This document shows positions 22,912 to 31,453 of a stretch of DNA of 64,000 nucleotides, piece by piece (position 1 is the first letter of the stretch; each line of letters opens with the position of its first letter). The stretch is from an uncultured Nocardioidaceae bacterium (lineage in GTDB: Bacteria > Actinomycetota > Actinomycetes > Propionibacteriales > Nocardioidaceae): contig CAZNCE010000001.1 of NCBI GenBank assembly GCA_964571285.1, forward strand, positions 47,255 through 111,254, written 5' to 3'. The notes below the pieces were generated by a model that saw only the letters and a list, made by a program, of their open reading frames with translations, had not been told where the DNA came from and made no database searches. The position numbers were made by a program, and so were the translations under genes.

Positions 22912-23564
22912 GCAGCCGCACCGCGTCGAGTGGCGCCACCGCACCGGTCGGAGTGCGGTTCACCGAGACCATGTCCGGCTTCGTCACGCTCGGCGAGACC
23001 GACCCGGAGCGGGGCTATCGCCGGGGCAAGGCTGACGGGACGGCGCTGTCGTTCCGGCTCACCATCAGCACCGACGACGTGGCCGCGTTCCTGGCCGACC
23101 CCGAGCACGCCGAGGTCGCGGAGGGGCGGATCGACTGCGAGGTGCTCGGCGGTCGCCGACCGGTCCAGTCCGGCCGGTTCCAGCTGTTCGTCGCCGAGCC
23201 AGCGGGTGCCCGCAGCATGCGCTACCGGCTCACGTTCGCCGACTCCGCGGGAAACGACCTCACCCTGGTCGGCCGCAAGGACGTGCGCAACGACCGCGGG
23301 CTGGACGCGTGGGCCGACACCACGACGCTGTTCACGCGGATCCTGGTGGGCCACGTCGACGAGGATGCCGACGCCGACGCACAGGTGACCGCGGCCGGCA
23401 TCCTGCGCATCTCGGTACCCGCCTTCGCCCGGCAGCTGACCACGTTCCGCGCCGACGGCCCCTCGGTGCCGGCCCGTGTATCAGGCCTGTGGTCGTTCGG
23501 CTCCTTCTTCACAACGCAGTTGTGGCAGGTATACGGCCCACGACGAAGGGGTGGCACCGGATGA
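22908..23564 (+). CDS. Hypothetical protein (218 aa), translationally coupled on both sides
   Basis: ATGA overlaps at 22908-22911 and 23561-23564. High GC3. I recognise no catalytic motif. The alternating pattern (FRLTISTDD, RYRLTFAD, LTLVGRKDV, LFTRILVG) suggests a beta-rich fold. Confidence 0.6.
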   Translation: MSSRTASSGATAPVGVRFTETMSGFVTLGETDPERGYRRGKADGTALSFRLTISTDDVAAFLADPEHAEVAEGRIDCEVLGGRRPVQSGRFQLFVAEPAGARSMRYRLTFADSAGNDLTLVGRKDVRNDRGLDAWADTTTLFTRILVGHVDEDADADAQVTAAGILRISVPAFARQLTTFRADGPSVPARVSGLWSFGSFFTTQLWQVYGPRRRGGTG

Positions 23565-25411
23565 GCGTCGAGCCGGCCGCCATCCCTGCCGCCCGGCAGG
23601 CTCCCGCTCCCGCGGCACCGCTCAGCCGGCCGGTGTCGAGCGCCGACGACCCGGCCACCACCTTCGTCCCGCAGGCGGCGACTCGATGGCTGCGCCCCGG
23701 ACTCCTCCTGCGCTCGGCCGGGGAGGTGGTGATCAGCAAGATCCTCGGCGAGTACAACGACAAGCGCGAGGTGATGGCTGCGCTCCCGTCGGACCCGCCG
23801 CTGGACCTGCACACCGACCACCAGGACGTCTGGTTCGACTTCGTCTCCGACACCGGGGACGGGTTCGACGCGACGTACGCGGTGGCGGAGCTGCTGGCCA
23901 GGCCGAGCCTCAGCCCACGCACTGCCGACGGCTCGGAACTCGAGCTGCCGGCCGGCCGGCTGCTGGTGATGGGCGGGGACCAGTGCTATCCGTCCGCCTC
24001 GGTCGACGGGTACGAGAACCGGCTGATCGGCCCGTACCGGGCGGCCTTGCCGCACGCCCCGGAGACCGGTCAGCGGCACCTGCTGGCCGTACCCGGCAAC
24101 CACGACTGGTACGACGGGCTGACGGCGTTCATGCGCACCTTCTGCCAAGGACGCGACTTCGGCGGCTGGCTGACCGGCCAGTCCCGCAGCTACTTCACTG
24201 CCCGGCTGCCCGGACGCTGGTGGCTGTGGGCGGTCGACATCCAGTTCGACACCTACATCGACGACGTGCAACTGCGCTATCTGCGTGCGCGCGCCGAGCA
24301 GCTGCAACCGGGCGACGCGGTGATCCTGTGCTCGGCCAAGCCGAGCTGGGTGGCCGCCCAGGAACCCGAGCATGCCGAGGCGTACAGCACCCTCGACTTC
24401 CTCGACCGCACCCTGATCCGGCCGACCGGCGCGCACCTGCGCGTGTGCCTGAGCGGCGACCTGCACCACTACGCCCGGTACGAGGCGGCCGACGGGGCGC
24501 AGAAGGTGACCGCGGGCGGGGGCGGCGCCTACTTGTCAGCGACCCATCACCTGCCACGGGCGGTGACCGTGCCGCCCCCGGCATCGAGGGCACGCGGCCG
24601 CACCGAGCCGGTTCGGCACGATCTGAGAGCCAGCTACCCCGCACCGGCCGAGTCTCGTCGCGCCGGACTCGGGGTGCTCGGCCTGCCGTGGACCACCAAG
24701 TCCTTCACGCTGCTCATGGGCGGTGTTCAGACGCTTGTCTTCCTCGCGATCGGGTGGGCGTTCAGCCCGCAGACGCTGTCGCTGGGCCACCGGCTGGTCG
24801 CCACGGCGGAGCGCCTCGCCGACGCCACGCCCGGCCGGCTGGCCGCCACCTTCCTGGACAGCCTCGGGAGCCTCACGCTGGCGCTGCTGGTGGTCGGCGC
24901 GGCGGTTGCGTTCACCAAGCAGTCCCGCAGCATCAAGGGCTGGCTCGTCGGGTCCGTCCACGGCCTGCTGCAGCTCACCCTGGCGGTGCTGGTCACCTAC
25001 GCTGCCGTGTCCCTCACCGCGGGGTTGCCGAGCGTGGCGATGCTGGTCGCGACGCTGGCCCTGGTATTCGTGGTGGGCGGCATCGTGGCCACCGAGCTGG
25101 TCGCGGTCTATCTGGTGCTCGCCGACCGGGTCGGGCTGAACAGCAACGAGCTGTTCGCCGCGCAGGCGATCGGCGACTTCAAGAACTTCCTGCGGCTGCA
25201 GGTGGATGCCACCGGCGAGCTGGTGATCCATCCGATCGGGGTGCGTCGGGTGCCTCGTCACTGGCGCGTGGCGCCGTCCGACAGCGCCGGTCCTCGGTTC
25301 GTCCCCGACGGCACCCATGCCCTGCGGGTGGGCGGCACGGAAACCGTCGAGTGCCAACTGATCGAGGACCCGGTCCGGGTCAGCCCCGACCCGCGGCCCG
25401 TGACCGCGTGA
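23561..25411 (+). CDS. Calcineurin-like metallophosphoesterase fused to a C-terminal polytopic membrane domain
   Basis: Track ORF 23309..25411, trimmed to ATG 23561. Motifs DFVSDTGDG, GGDQCYPSA, VPGNHDWYDG and LSGDLHHYARY. Then about 4-5 hydrophobic helices (FTLLMGGVQTLVFLAIGWAF, LTLALLVVGAAVAF, LLQLTLAVLVTYAAVSL, MLVATLALVFVVGGIVATELVAVYLVLA). Confidence 0.8.
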   Translation: MSVEPAAIPAARQAPAPAAPLSRPVSSADDPATTFVPQAATRWLRPGLLLRSAGEVVISKILGEYNDKREVMAALPSDPPLDLHTDHQDVWFDFVSDTGDGFDATYAVAELLARPSLSPRTADGSELELPAGRLLVMGGDQCYPSASVDGYENRLIGPYRAALPHAPETGQRHLLAVPGNHDWYDGLTAFMRTFCQGRDFGGWLTGQSRSYFTARLPGRWWLWAVDIQFDTYIDDVQLRYLRARAEQLQPGDAVILCSAKPSWVAAQEPEHAEAYSTLDFLDRTLIRPTGAHLRVCLSGDLHHYARYEAADGAQKVTAGGGGAYLSATHHLPRAVTVPPPASRARGRTEPVRHDLRASYPAPAESRRAGLGVLGLPWTTKSFTLLMGGVQTLVFLAIGWAFSPQTLSLGHRLVATAERLADATPGRLAATFLDSLGSLTLALLVVGAAVAFTKQSRSIKGWLVGSVHGLLQLTLAVLVTYAAVSLTAGLPSVAMLVATLALVFVVGGIVATELVAVYLVLADRVGLNSNELFAAQAIGDFKNFLRLQVDATGELVIHPIGVRRVPRHWRVAPSDSAGPRFVPDGTHALRVGGTETVECQLIEDPVRVSPDPRPVTA

Positions 25412-25423
25412 GAGGACGAACCG

Positions 25424-26455
25424 ATGGCTGCGCCGGCTCTGCATGAGCGAACCGTGCCGTTCACGGCCGGTGACGGGATGCCCCTGCACCTGGTGAACGT
25501 CCGTGGCCAGCATCCGCCCTCCAAGCCGCCGGTCATCCTGGTGCACGGGGCCGGCGTCCGTGGCAACATCTTCCGGGCGCCGGTGCGGCGGACGGTGGTG
25601 GACGCCCTCGTCGACGAGGGGCACGACGTGTGGCTGGAGAACTGGCGGGCCTCGATCGACGTGCCCGCTAACCAGTGGACTCTCGACCAGGCGGCGCTGT
25701 ACGACCATCCGGCCGCCGTCCGGGCGGTCCTCGCCGACACCGGTGCCACCGAGGCGAAGGCGATCATCCACTGCCAGGGATCGACCTCGTTCGCGATGTC
25801 GGCAGCCGCCGGACTGGTGCCACAGGTGAGCACGATCATCAGCAACGCCGTCTCGTTCCACCCGGTGGTGCCCTGGTGGTCTCGGCTGAAGGCCCGGCTG
25901 TCCGGGCCGATCTCGCAGGTGGTGTCGTACCTGGACCCGGGGGCCGGCGACCGGCCGGAGAACCGGTGGACGCGGGGCATCACGGTGGCCGTCCGGGCCA
26001 CCCACCACGAGTGCGGCAATACCGTGTGCAAGCTGGTCAGCTTCACCTATGGAGCCGGCTTCCCGGCGCTGTGGGAGCACCGCAACCTCAACGCCGAGAC
26101 GCACGAGGTGTTCATCCCCCGCGAGTTCGGCAAGGTGCCGCTGAGCTTCTTCCGGCAGATCGCCCGGGCGATCAGCGCCGGGCACCTGGTGGCGTACACC
26201 CGGATGCCTGGCCTGCCGGACGACTACATCGCCCAGCCGGTGCAGACCGAGGCCCGGTTCGTGCTGCTCACCGGGCGGAAGAACAAGTGCTTCCTGCCCC
26301 AGAGCCAGCTGGAGTCGTACCGGTGGCTGGACCAGCAGCGTCCGGGACTACACGGGGTGCACGTGTTCGACGACTACAGCCACCTGGACGTGTTCATGGG
26401 CAAACGGGCGGCCGACGACATCTTCCCGACGGTGCTCGCCGAGCTCGAAGGCTAG
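25424..26455 (+). CDS. Alpha/beta-fold hydrolase with Cys at the nucleophile-elbow position
   Basis: Oxyanion-type VILVHGAG. Elbow AIIHCQGST (Cys117, codon 25772-25774). C-terminal DDYSHLDVFMG (catalytic His region). Confidence 0.75.
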   Translation: MAAPALHERTVPFTAGDGMPLHLVNVRGQHPPSKPPVILVHGAGVRGNIFRAPVRRTVVDALVDEGHDVWLENWRASIDVPANQWTLDQAALYDHPAAVRAVLADTGATEAKAIIHCQGSTSFAMSAAAGLVPQVSTIISNAVSFHPVVPWWSRLKARLSGPISQVVSYLDPGAGDRPENRWTRGITVAVRATHHECGNTVCKLVSFTYGAGFPALWEHRNLNAETHEVFIPREFGKVPLSFFRQIARAISAGHLVAYTRMPGLPDDYIAQPVQTEARFVLLTGRKNKCFLPQSQLESYRWLDQQRPGLHGVHVFDDYSHLDVFMGKRAADDIFPTVLAELEG

Positions 26456-26488
26456 TCTCGGTCACGCGGCCCCCGGGGGGCGCCAGCG

Positions 26489-27046
26489 TCAGGGGCAGTC
26501 GGTCACCACGGTCAGGCCGGTGACGTCCGCCAGGTTCAGCAGCACTCGGCCACCCTCGGTGTCCAGCAACAGCCGACCGCCCTGCGCGCCCAGCACCTGC
26601 CCACACGCGGTGCCGCCGGCCGACGACACCTCGACGAGGCCGGGCCGATCCGAGCTGTCGGCCGGCCACCACGCCGAGCTGGTGGCCACGGCGAGGACGG
26701 CCACGGCGACGTAGGTCAGCACGATGCCGGTGCGCAGCCGGCGGCCGGCGCCCTCGGGCTGCTGCCCCCCGCCGAAGCCGTACACCGGCCAGGCCACCGA
26801 GGCGACCAGCGCGGTGGCCACACAGCTGAGCACCAGCGCGAGCAGGACCAGCAGTCCGGCCACCAACTGAAGCCACCCGGGGCGGCCCCCGGGGTCCCGC
26901 TGCAGCACACCGCACAGGCCGATGAACCCGAGCACCGCGAGCTGCACGCCATGCCAGCCGCGCGCCGAACCCTGCAGCGTGGTCAATCGATCCACGTCAT
27001 CGGTGGCCATCCGGACCACCCCGTCGATCAGCGTAGACCCGTGCAC
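26489..27046 (-). CDS. Hypothetical membrane protein (3 TM helices plus ~55-aa C-terminal domain with 2 Cys)
   Basis: High GC3 and hydrophobic helices (VQLAVLGFIGLCGVL, LQLVAGLLVLLALVLSCVATALVASVAW, IVLTYVAVAVLAVATSSAWW). No recognisable family. Confidence 0.5.
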   Translation of the reverse strand: MHGSTLIDGVVRMATDDVDRLTTLQGSARGWHGVQLAVLGFIGLCGVLQRDPGGRPGWLQLVAGLLVLLALVLSCVATALVASVAWPVYGFGGGQQPEGAGRRLRTGIVLTYVAVAVLAVATSSAWWPADSSDRPGLVEVSSAGGTACGQVLGAQGGRLLLDTEGGRVLLNLADVTGLTVVTDCP

Positions 27047-27181
27047 CGGACATCGGAATCCGCTCTTCGGGCACCACGGGGCGGATCGGCCGATTCCCGG
27101 ACGATCACCGTTGACAGCCCCCAGATCCCCTGCTCCTATGACGATCGCCGGTCGGTCACATTCGGGGATTGGGGAATAACT

Positions 27182-29734
27182 ATGCGCAAGGCCTTGTTGG
27201 TCACCGCGGCGGCGCTGACGCTGCCGCTTCTCGCGCCGGTAGCCAGCGCACCGGGATCACCACCAGCGACACAGCCGGGATCGGGTCCGGCCCCTGCGGC
27301 GGCCTGCGACCCGCTGACCCCGGCGGAGTACGCCGGCCGGATCCCCACCGGCGAGGACGTACTCGGCTTCGCGCTCGGCGAGCAGGAGGTGACCGTCGAG
27401 GAGTCCGACACCTACCTACAGGCGGTCGACGATGCCAGCCGGCGAGTGAGCACGGGAGTGCTCGCGGTCTCGCAGGAGGGGCGGCCGCTGCGCTATGCGG
27501 TGGTCGGCCGGCCAGCCGACGTCCGCAAGGCCCAACGGGCAGCCGCGCGCCTCCGCGACCCGGACACCTCCCCCGCCCGGGCCCGCCGGATCGCAGCCAC
27601 CGCACCGGCGATCGCCTGGGTTGCGGGCAACGTACACGGCAACGAGGAGAGCGGGACCGACGCGGCGCTGAAGGTGCTGTACGACCTGGCGGACCGGACC
27701 GACTGCGCGGCCCGGCAGATCCGCGACAACACGGTCACGGTGATCCTGCCGACCCAGAACCCCGACGGTCGGGAGGCGGACACCCGCCGCAACCACTACG
27801 GGTTCGACCTGAACCGGGACTGGTTCGCCCGGACCCAGCCGGAGACCGACGGCAAGCTGGAGGCACTGCGCCAGTACCCGCCGGTGCTGTTCATCGACGA
27901 CCACGAGATGGGGCGCGGTGGGTTCTTCTTCCCGCCGAACGCCGACCCGGTCTACCACGACGTCGCGGACCGGTCGATCGGCTGGATCAACGACCTGTAC
28001 GGCGCCGCCATGGCGGACGTGTTCACCACCTTGGGGCTGCCGTTCTTCAACTATTCGGTCTACGACCTGTTCTACATGGGGTACGGCGATACGGTGCCCA
28101 CGACCGCGTTCCTGGGTGCCGGCATGACCTTCGAGAAGACCGGCAGCGATCCGATCGCGCAGCGCACGTTCGAGCAGTCCACCGCGGTGTGGACGTCACT
28201 GTTCGCGCTCAGCGGCGACAAGGAGTCGGTCCTTCGCGGCTGGGCCGCTTCGCACCGGCAGGCGCTCAAGCAGGGCCGGCGCGGCTTCCTGGAGCCGAAC
28301 CAGGTCTGGGCGCCGGGCAACACCGTGCAGCGGGAGGTTCCGGACGAGAAGGTGCGGCACTACTTCATCGAGCCGCCGGGTCCAGGCAAGGCCGACCAGG
28401 TGGCCGAGGTGGTACGGCGGCTGCAGCGGATGGACGTCGAGGTGTACCGGCTGACCGCGCCGCTGATCGTGCCGGACTACCGGCCGTATGCCGAGACCGC
28501 CCGGCAGCGGACGCTGCCCGTGGGCACCTACTGGATCCCGATGGCCCAGGCGCAGAAGCACTGGGTGCAGGCGATGCTGAACGAGGACACCTACGTCCCG
28601 TTCCCGTACTTCTACGACGTCACGGCTTGGAGCGGGCCGCTGCTGGCCAATGTCGCCGGTGGCCGCTCCGGTGCGGTGCTGGAGCCGGCCGCCGAACCGG
28701 CCCCCGAGGTGGCCGCACCGCAGGCTCCGGGGCTGCCGCCGGGCGGAGCGAGTATCGGCCTGTGGCAACTCGATGACGGCACCGGCGCGACCGAGTCCTC
28801 CGGCTGGATGCGGTGGCTGTTCGACCACAAGTGGCAGATCCCGTTCCGGGAGGTCCGCAGCGACGGGATCGTCGCCGGGGCGCTGGCACCGATCGACGTG
28901 CTGGTGGTGCCCAACGGGGACGCGGAGACCGCCTACGAGGAGCTCGGATCGCAGGGGCAGCGCGAGTTGCGCCAGTGGCTCGCCGACGGCGGCCGCTTCG
29001 TCGGTCTACGTGGCGGGACCGAGCTGGCCGCTTTGCTGCAGCTGACCACGGGCCGGCTCAGCTCCCCCACGTCGGCGATCCCCGGTTCGCTGATCCACGC
29101 CGACGTGGCCCCCGGCCCGCTGGCCGAGGGCGTCGGCACGGACGTGTGGAACTTCTACGAGTACGACAACGTGCTGTGGACCAACTTCCGCCGGGCGGTG
29201 GCCGTCAGCTACCCGGCCGCGGACAGCGAAGACTTCTTCGTGTCCGGGTTCGCCGAGGGCGAGGAGGAGCTCGGCGGCACCGCGGCGGTGCTGGACGAGC
29301 CGTACGCCGACGGCCGGGTGGTCGTGTTCGCCGGGGAGCCCAACTTCCGCGCCTTCACCGGCGGGACGCAGCAGATCCTGTGGAACGCCATGTTCGGCCC
29401 CGACCCCAGCTGGATGCACGCGGCCCGCACGGCGGGTGCCGGGCAGCAGGCGAAGTGGGCGACGGCGCGTGCGGCGGCGGCCGAATCGGTCCGCGGTCTC
29501 ACCGACATGGACGAGAGCCTGGTGCTGACGGTGCGGGCGTCCGCCGCAGGTGCCACCGACCAGGTGCTGGCCGAGTACGGGCTGTCCGCGCAGCCCGAGC
29601 CGATCGGGTCCGGGCAGGTGCGCTACGTGGTGCCGATGCGCACCGCCGACCAGAGCCCGGTGGCGCGCGACCTCAGCGTCGACCTGCGCCAGCAGGTGGG
29701 CGACGGGGTGGTGGCCGCTCGGTTCCCCAACTGA
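27182..29734 (+). CDS. Secreted M14-family zinc carboxypeptidase with a large C-terminal extension
   Basis: Trimmed to ATG 27182: MRKALLVTAAALTLPLLAPVASAPG (signal peptide). GNVHGNEESG (HxxE) and DLNRDW. The C-terminal half contains a DVLVVPNG...GGRFVGLRGG segment resembling class-I glutamine-amidotransferase-like folds. Confidence 0.8.
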   Translation: MRKALLVTAAALTLPLLAPVASAPGSPPATQPGSGPAPAAACDPLTPAEYAGRIPTGEDVLGFALGEQEVTVEESDTYLQAVDDASRRVSTGVLAVSQEGRPLRYAVVGRPADVRKAQRAAARLRDPDTSPARARRIAATAPAIAWVAGNVHGNEESGTDAALKVLYDLADRTDCAARQIRDNTVTVILPTQNPDGREADTRRNHYGFDLNRDWFARTQPETDGKLEALRQYPPVLFIDDHEMGRGGFFFPPNADPVYHDVADRSIGWINDLYGAAMADVFTTLGLPFFNYSVYDLFYMGYGDTVPTTAFLGAGMTFEKTGSDPIAQRTFEQSTAVWTSLFALSGDKESVLRGWAASHRQALKQGRRGFLEPNQVWAPGNTVQREVPDEKVRHYFIEPPGPGKADQVAEVVRRLQRMDVEVYRLTAPLIVPDYRPYAETARQRTLPVGTYWIPMAQAQKHWVQAMLNEDTYVPFPYFYDVTAWSGPLLANVAGGRSGAVLEPAAEPAPEVAAPQAPGLPPGGASIGLWQLDDGTGATESSGWMRWLFDHKWQIPFREVRSDGIVAGALAPIDVLVVPNGDAETAYEELGSQGQRELRQWLADGGRFVGLRGGTELAALLQLTTGRLSSPTSAIPGSLIHADVAPGPLAEGVGTDVWNFYEYDNVLWTNFRRAVAVSYPAADSEDFFVSGFAEGEEELGGTAAVLDEPYADGRVVVFAGEPNFRAFTGGTQQILWNAMFGPDPSWMHAARTAGAGQQAKWATARAAAAESVRGLTDMDESLVLTVRASAAGATDQVLAEYGLSAQPEPIGSGQVRYVVPMRTADQSPVARDLSVDLRQQVGDGVVAARFPN

Positions 29735-29754
29735 GCCCCGCTCCAGTGAAGCGT

Positions 29755-29783
29755 CCGGGGCCGTGCCCAGCGCGCGGCCCCGG
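29755..29783. terminator. Bidirectional hairpin between convergent genes
   Basis: Perfect 9-bp stem CCGGGGCCG (29755-29763) / CGGCCCCGG (29775-29783) with an 11-nt loop. No clear U-tract. Confidence 0.4.
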
Positions 29784-29794
29784 ACCGGCGTCGG

Positions 29795-30418
29795 TCAGGA
29801 CAGCAGCAGCGCGCTGCGGGGCGTCTCCAGCGTCACGCGCAGGGCGGACGGGCCGGACCGGACCGGGACGTCCACGCCGAGCACGTCGAGCGCACGCCGC
29901 AGCCGCGTCGGGTCGGGGCTCTGCAGTTTCAGACCGGCCAGCCGAGCTTGCGGCAGGTCGCGGTCTGCCGGATGCGGGGTCTGCCCCCAGTCGATCAGGA
30001 ACGGCAGCAGGCCTTCGCTGGGCAGCGGCGTAGCCCGGGTCATCCGCCACTCCAGCAGCCCGCCCTCGGCCGTACGCCGGGACATCGACACGACCCGACC
30101 CACGTCGACTCCCTGCTCACGTGCGGCTGCGACGTCGGCGGCGAGGTCGGTGCTGCGCAGCGCCCAGGTGACCATCCGCGGCGCGGTCAGCGACTCCAGC
30201 CCGAAGAGCTGCGGCTGCCCGTTCCCGCGCTCCTGGGGCAGCACACCGATGATCTCCAAGTAGCTGTCGTCGCTCAGGCCCACCAGGTAGTTCGCGGTGC
30301 CGGCCGGATGCCGGCCACCGAACACCGGCGCAAGCCCGGTCCGCTCCTCGAAGTCCTGCACGGCGGACTCCAGGTCCGGCACGCCGTACACCAGATGGTC
30401 CAACGCCAGACCGGTCAT
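29795..30418 (-). CDS. VOC (glyoxalase-like) family protein
   Basis: LDHLVYGVPDLESAVQDFEERTG...FGGRHPAGTANYLVGL is typical of the glyoxalase-like domain family. Confidence 0.7.
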   Translation of the reverse strand: MTGLALDHLVYGVPDLESAVQDFEERTGLAPVFGGRHPAGTANYLVGLSDDSYLEIIGVLPQERGNGQPQLFGLESLTAPRMVTWALRSTDLAADVAAAREQGVDVGRVVSMSRRTAEGGLLEWRMTRATPLPSEGLLPFLIDWGQTPHPADRDLPQARLAGLKLQSPDPTRLRRALDVLGVDVPVRSGPSALRVTLETPRSALLLS

Positions 30419-30433
30419 GATGCCGCCGCCGGC

Positions 30434-30742
30434 TCAGTGCGCCACGTGGAACCGTCGGCGGCGAAACCGCGGCTGCTCGATCTGGTCCACCACGGCCAGG
30501 GCGAGATCGGCCGCAAAGATCGCCGACTCCCCCGCCTCGTCCCGGAGCGGGACGTCGTCGCTGACCCGGTGCCGCCTGGTGACCTCCTGGGGCTCCCAGG
30601 CGGTCACGTACTCGACTCCGCCCACCGGATCGCTCGGCGGCCGGCGGCTGTGGGAGATGCGGGCGTGACCGCGGCCGGCCGCCTCCCGCACGATCTCGTG
30701 ACCAGCGAAGCCGGTGCCGCCCAGGACCGCGATCCTCGCCAT
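30434..30742 (-). pseudogene. Remnant of an NAD(P)H-binding (NmrA/YwnB-like) oxidoreductase with an in-frame internal deletion
   Basis: N-terminus MARIAVLGGTGFAGHEIVREAAGRGH (Rossmann GxxGxxG) joins almost directly to the family C-terminus (ESAIFAADLALAVVDQIEQPRFRRRRFHVAH). 102 aa against ~210 aa for intact members as I remember them. Confidence 0.5.
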
Positions 30743-30808
30743 GGCCCTACGTGTATCACAGCGGCCCGACCGTCGCTCCTCGCAGTCTCAAGTGCCTCGT
30801 ACCGCGAG

Positions 30809-31453
30809 ATGATTCACATGGCCGCAACGCTGAACACCGCGACACTGAACCCCCGGGCAGGCGCTGCCGTCCCCAGTCGCCGGCCCCGCACACCGCGAGA
30901 TCGCAAGGCGCCGATGTCCAGCCCCGCACGACGGGTGATCGGCACCGTCAACGTCGTCCAGGGGGTCGCGAGCCTGTTCGCCCTGATCGCGGCGTACGGG
31001 CTCGCCGAGCGGCTGGTGGTCGCGCAGGAGCAGGCCCGCTCCGGAGCACTGGCCGTCCACACCGTGCACTGGTGGGGACCGGACTTCGCGCTGACGCTGA
31101 GCATGAGCGTGCTGCTGGTCGGCGCCGCATCCGGTCTGGTCGGCAGCGCCATCCAGCAGAGCATCATCTTCGCGCAGCGGGCGGGTCACGAGACGCTGGA
31201 GCAAGGTTTCGTGTGGTGGTACCTGCTGCGGCCGGTGTGGTCGGCGCTGCTCGGGGCGGTCGTGGTGATCACCGCCGACGCCGGCCTGATCGGGATCGGC
31301 GACCAGACGACGTCGGCCGCCGGGGTCACCGTGCTGGTCGCGCTGGGCTGCCTGGCCGGACTGTTCACCGACAAGGCGCTGCAGCGTCTACGCCCGCTGC
31401 TCGGCGCCTCCGATCCGCAGCGTCCCACGTCGTCGACCACCGGCGTCGCCTAG
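30809..31453 (+). CDS. Hypothetical polytopic membrane protein
   Basis: Only the last 214 codons of track ORF 29948..31453 look coding. Four hydrophobic helices (VVQGVASLFALIAAYGL, LSMSVLLVGAASGLVGSAI, VWSALLGAVVVITADAGLI, VTVLVALGCLAGLF). Confidence 0.5.
   Translation: MIHMAATLNTATLNPRAGAAVPSRRPRTPRDRKAPMSSPARRVIGTVNVVQGVASLFALIAAYGLAERLVVAQEQARSGALAVHTVHWWGPDFALTLSMSVLLVGAASGLVGSAIQQSIIFAQRAGHETLEQGFVWWYLLRPVWSALLGAVVVITADAGLIGIGDQTTSAAGVTVLVALGCLAGLFTDKALQRLRPLLGASDPQRPTSSTTGVA

Noticed and set aside
20899-26185. Minus-strand ORFs 20899..22842 (647 aa), 23222..24469 and 24536..26185 (549 aa), and plus-strand 23476..25446
   Set aside because: These are shadow frames of the GMC oxidoreductase, metallophosphoesterase and hydrolase genes. 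They have no motifs and biased composition.
26466-26484. GC palindrome GCGGCCCCCGGGGGGCGCC as a bidirectional terminator
   Set aside because: It has essentially no loop and no U-tract, so it is too weak to call.
29948-30808. The N-terminal 287 codons of ORF 29948..31453, and ORF 30751..32115
   Set aside because: They run antisense across the VOC and NmrA-remnant genes or off-frame across the SDR gene. Only 30809..31453 has membrane-protein character.
30809-31453. The four-helix membrane protein as an effector of a defence system
   Set aside because: There are no partner genes (nucleotide cyclase, sensor, NTPase) nearby and I could name no diagnostic motif.
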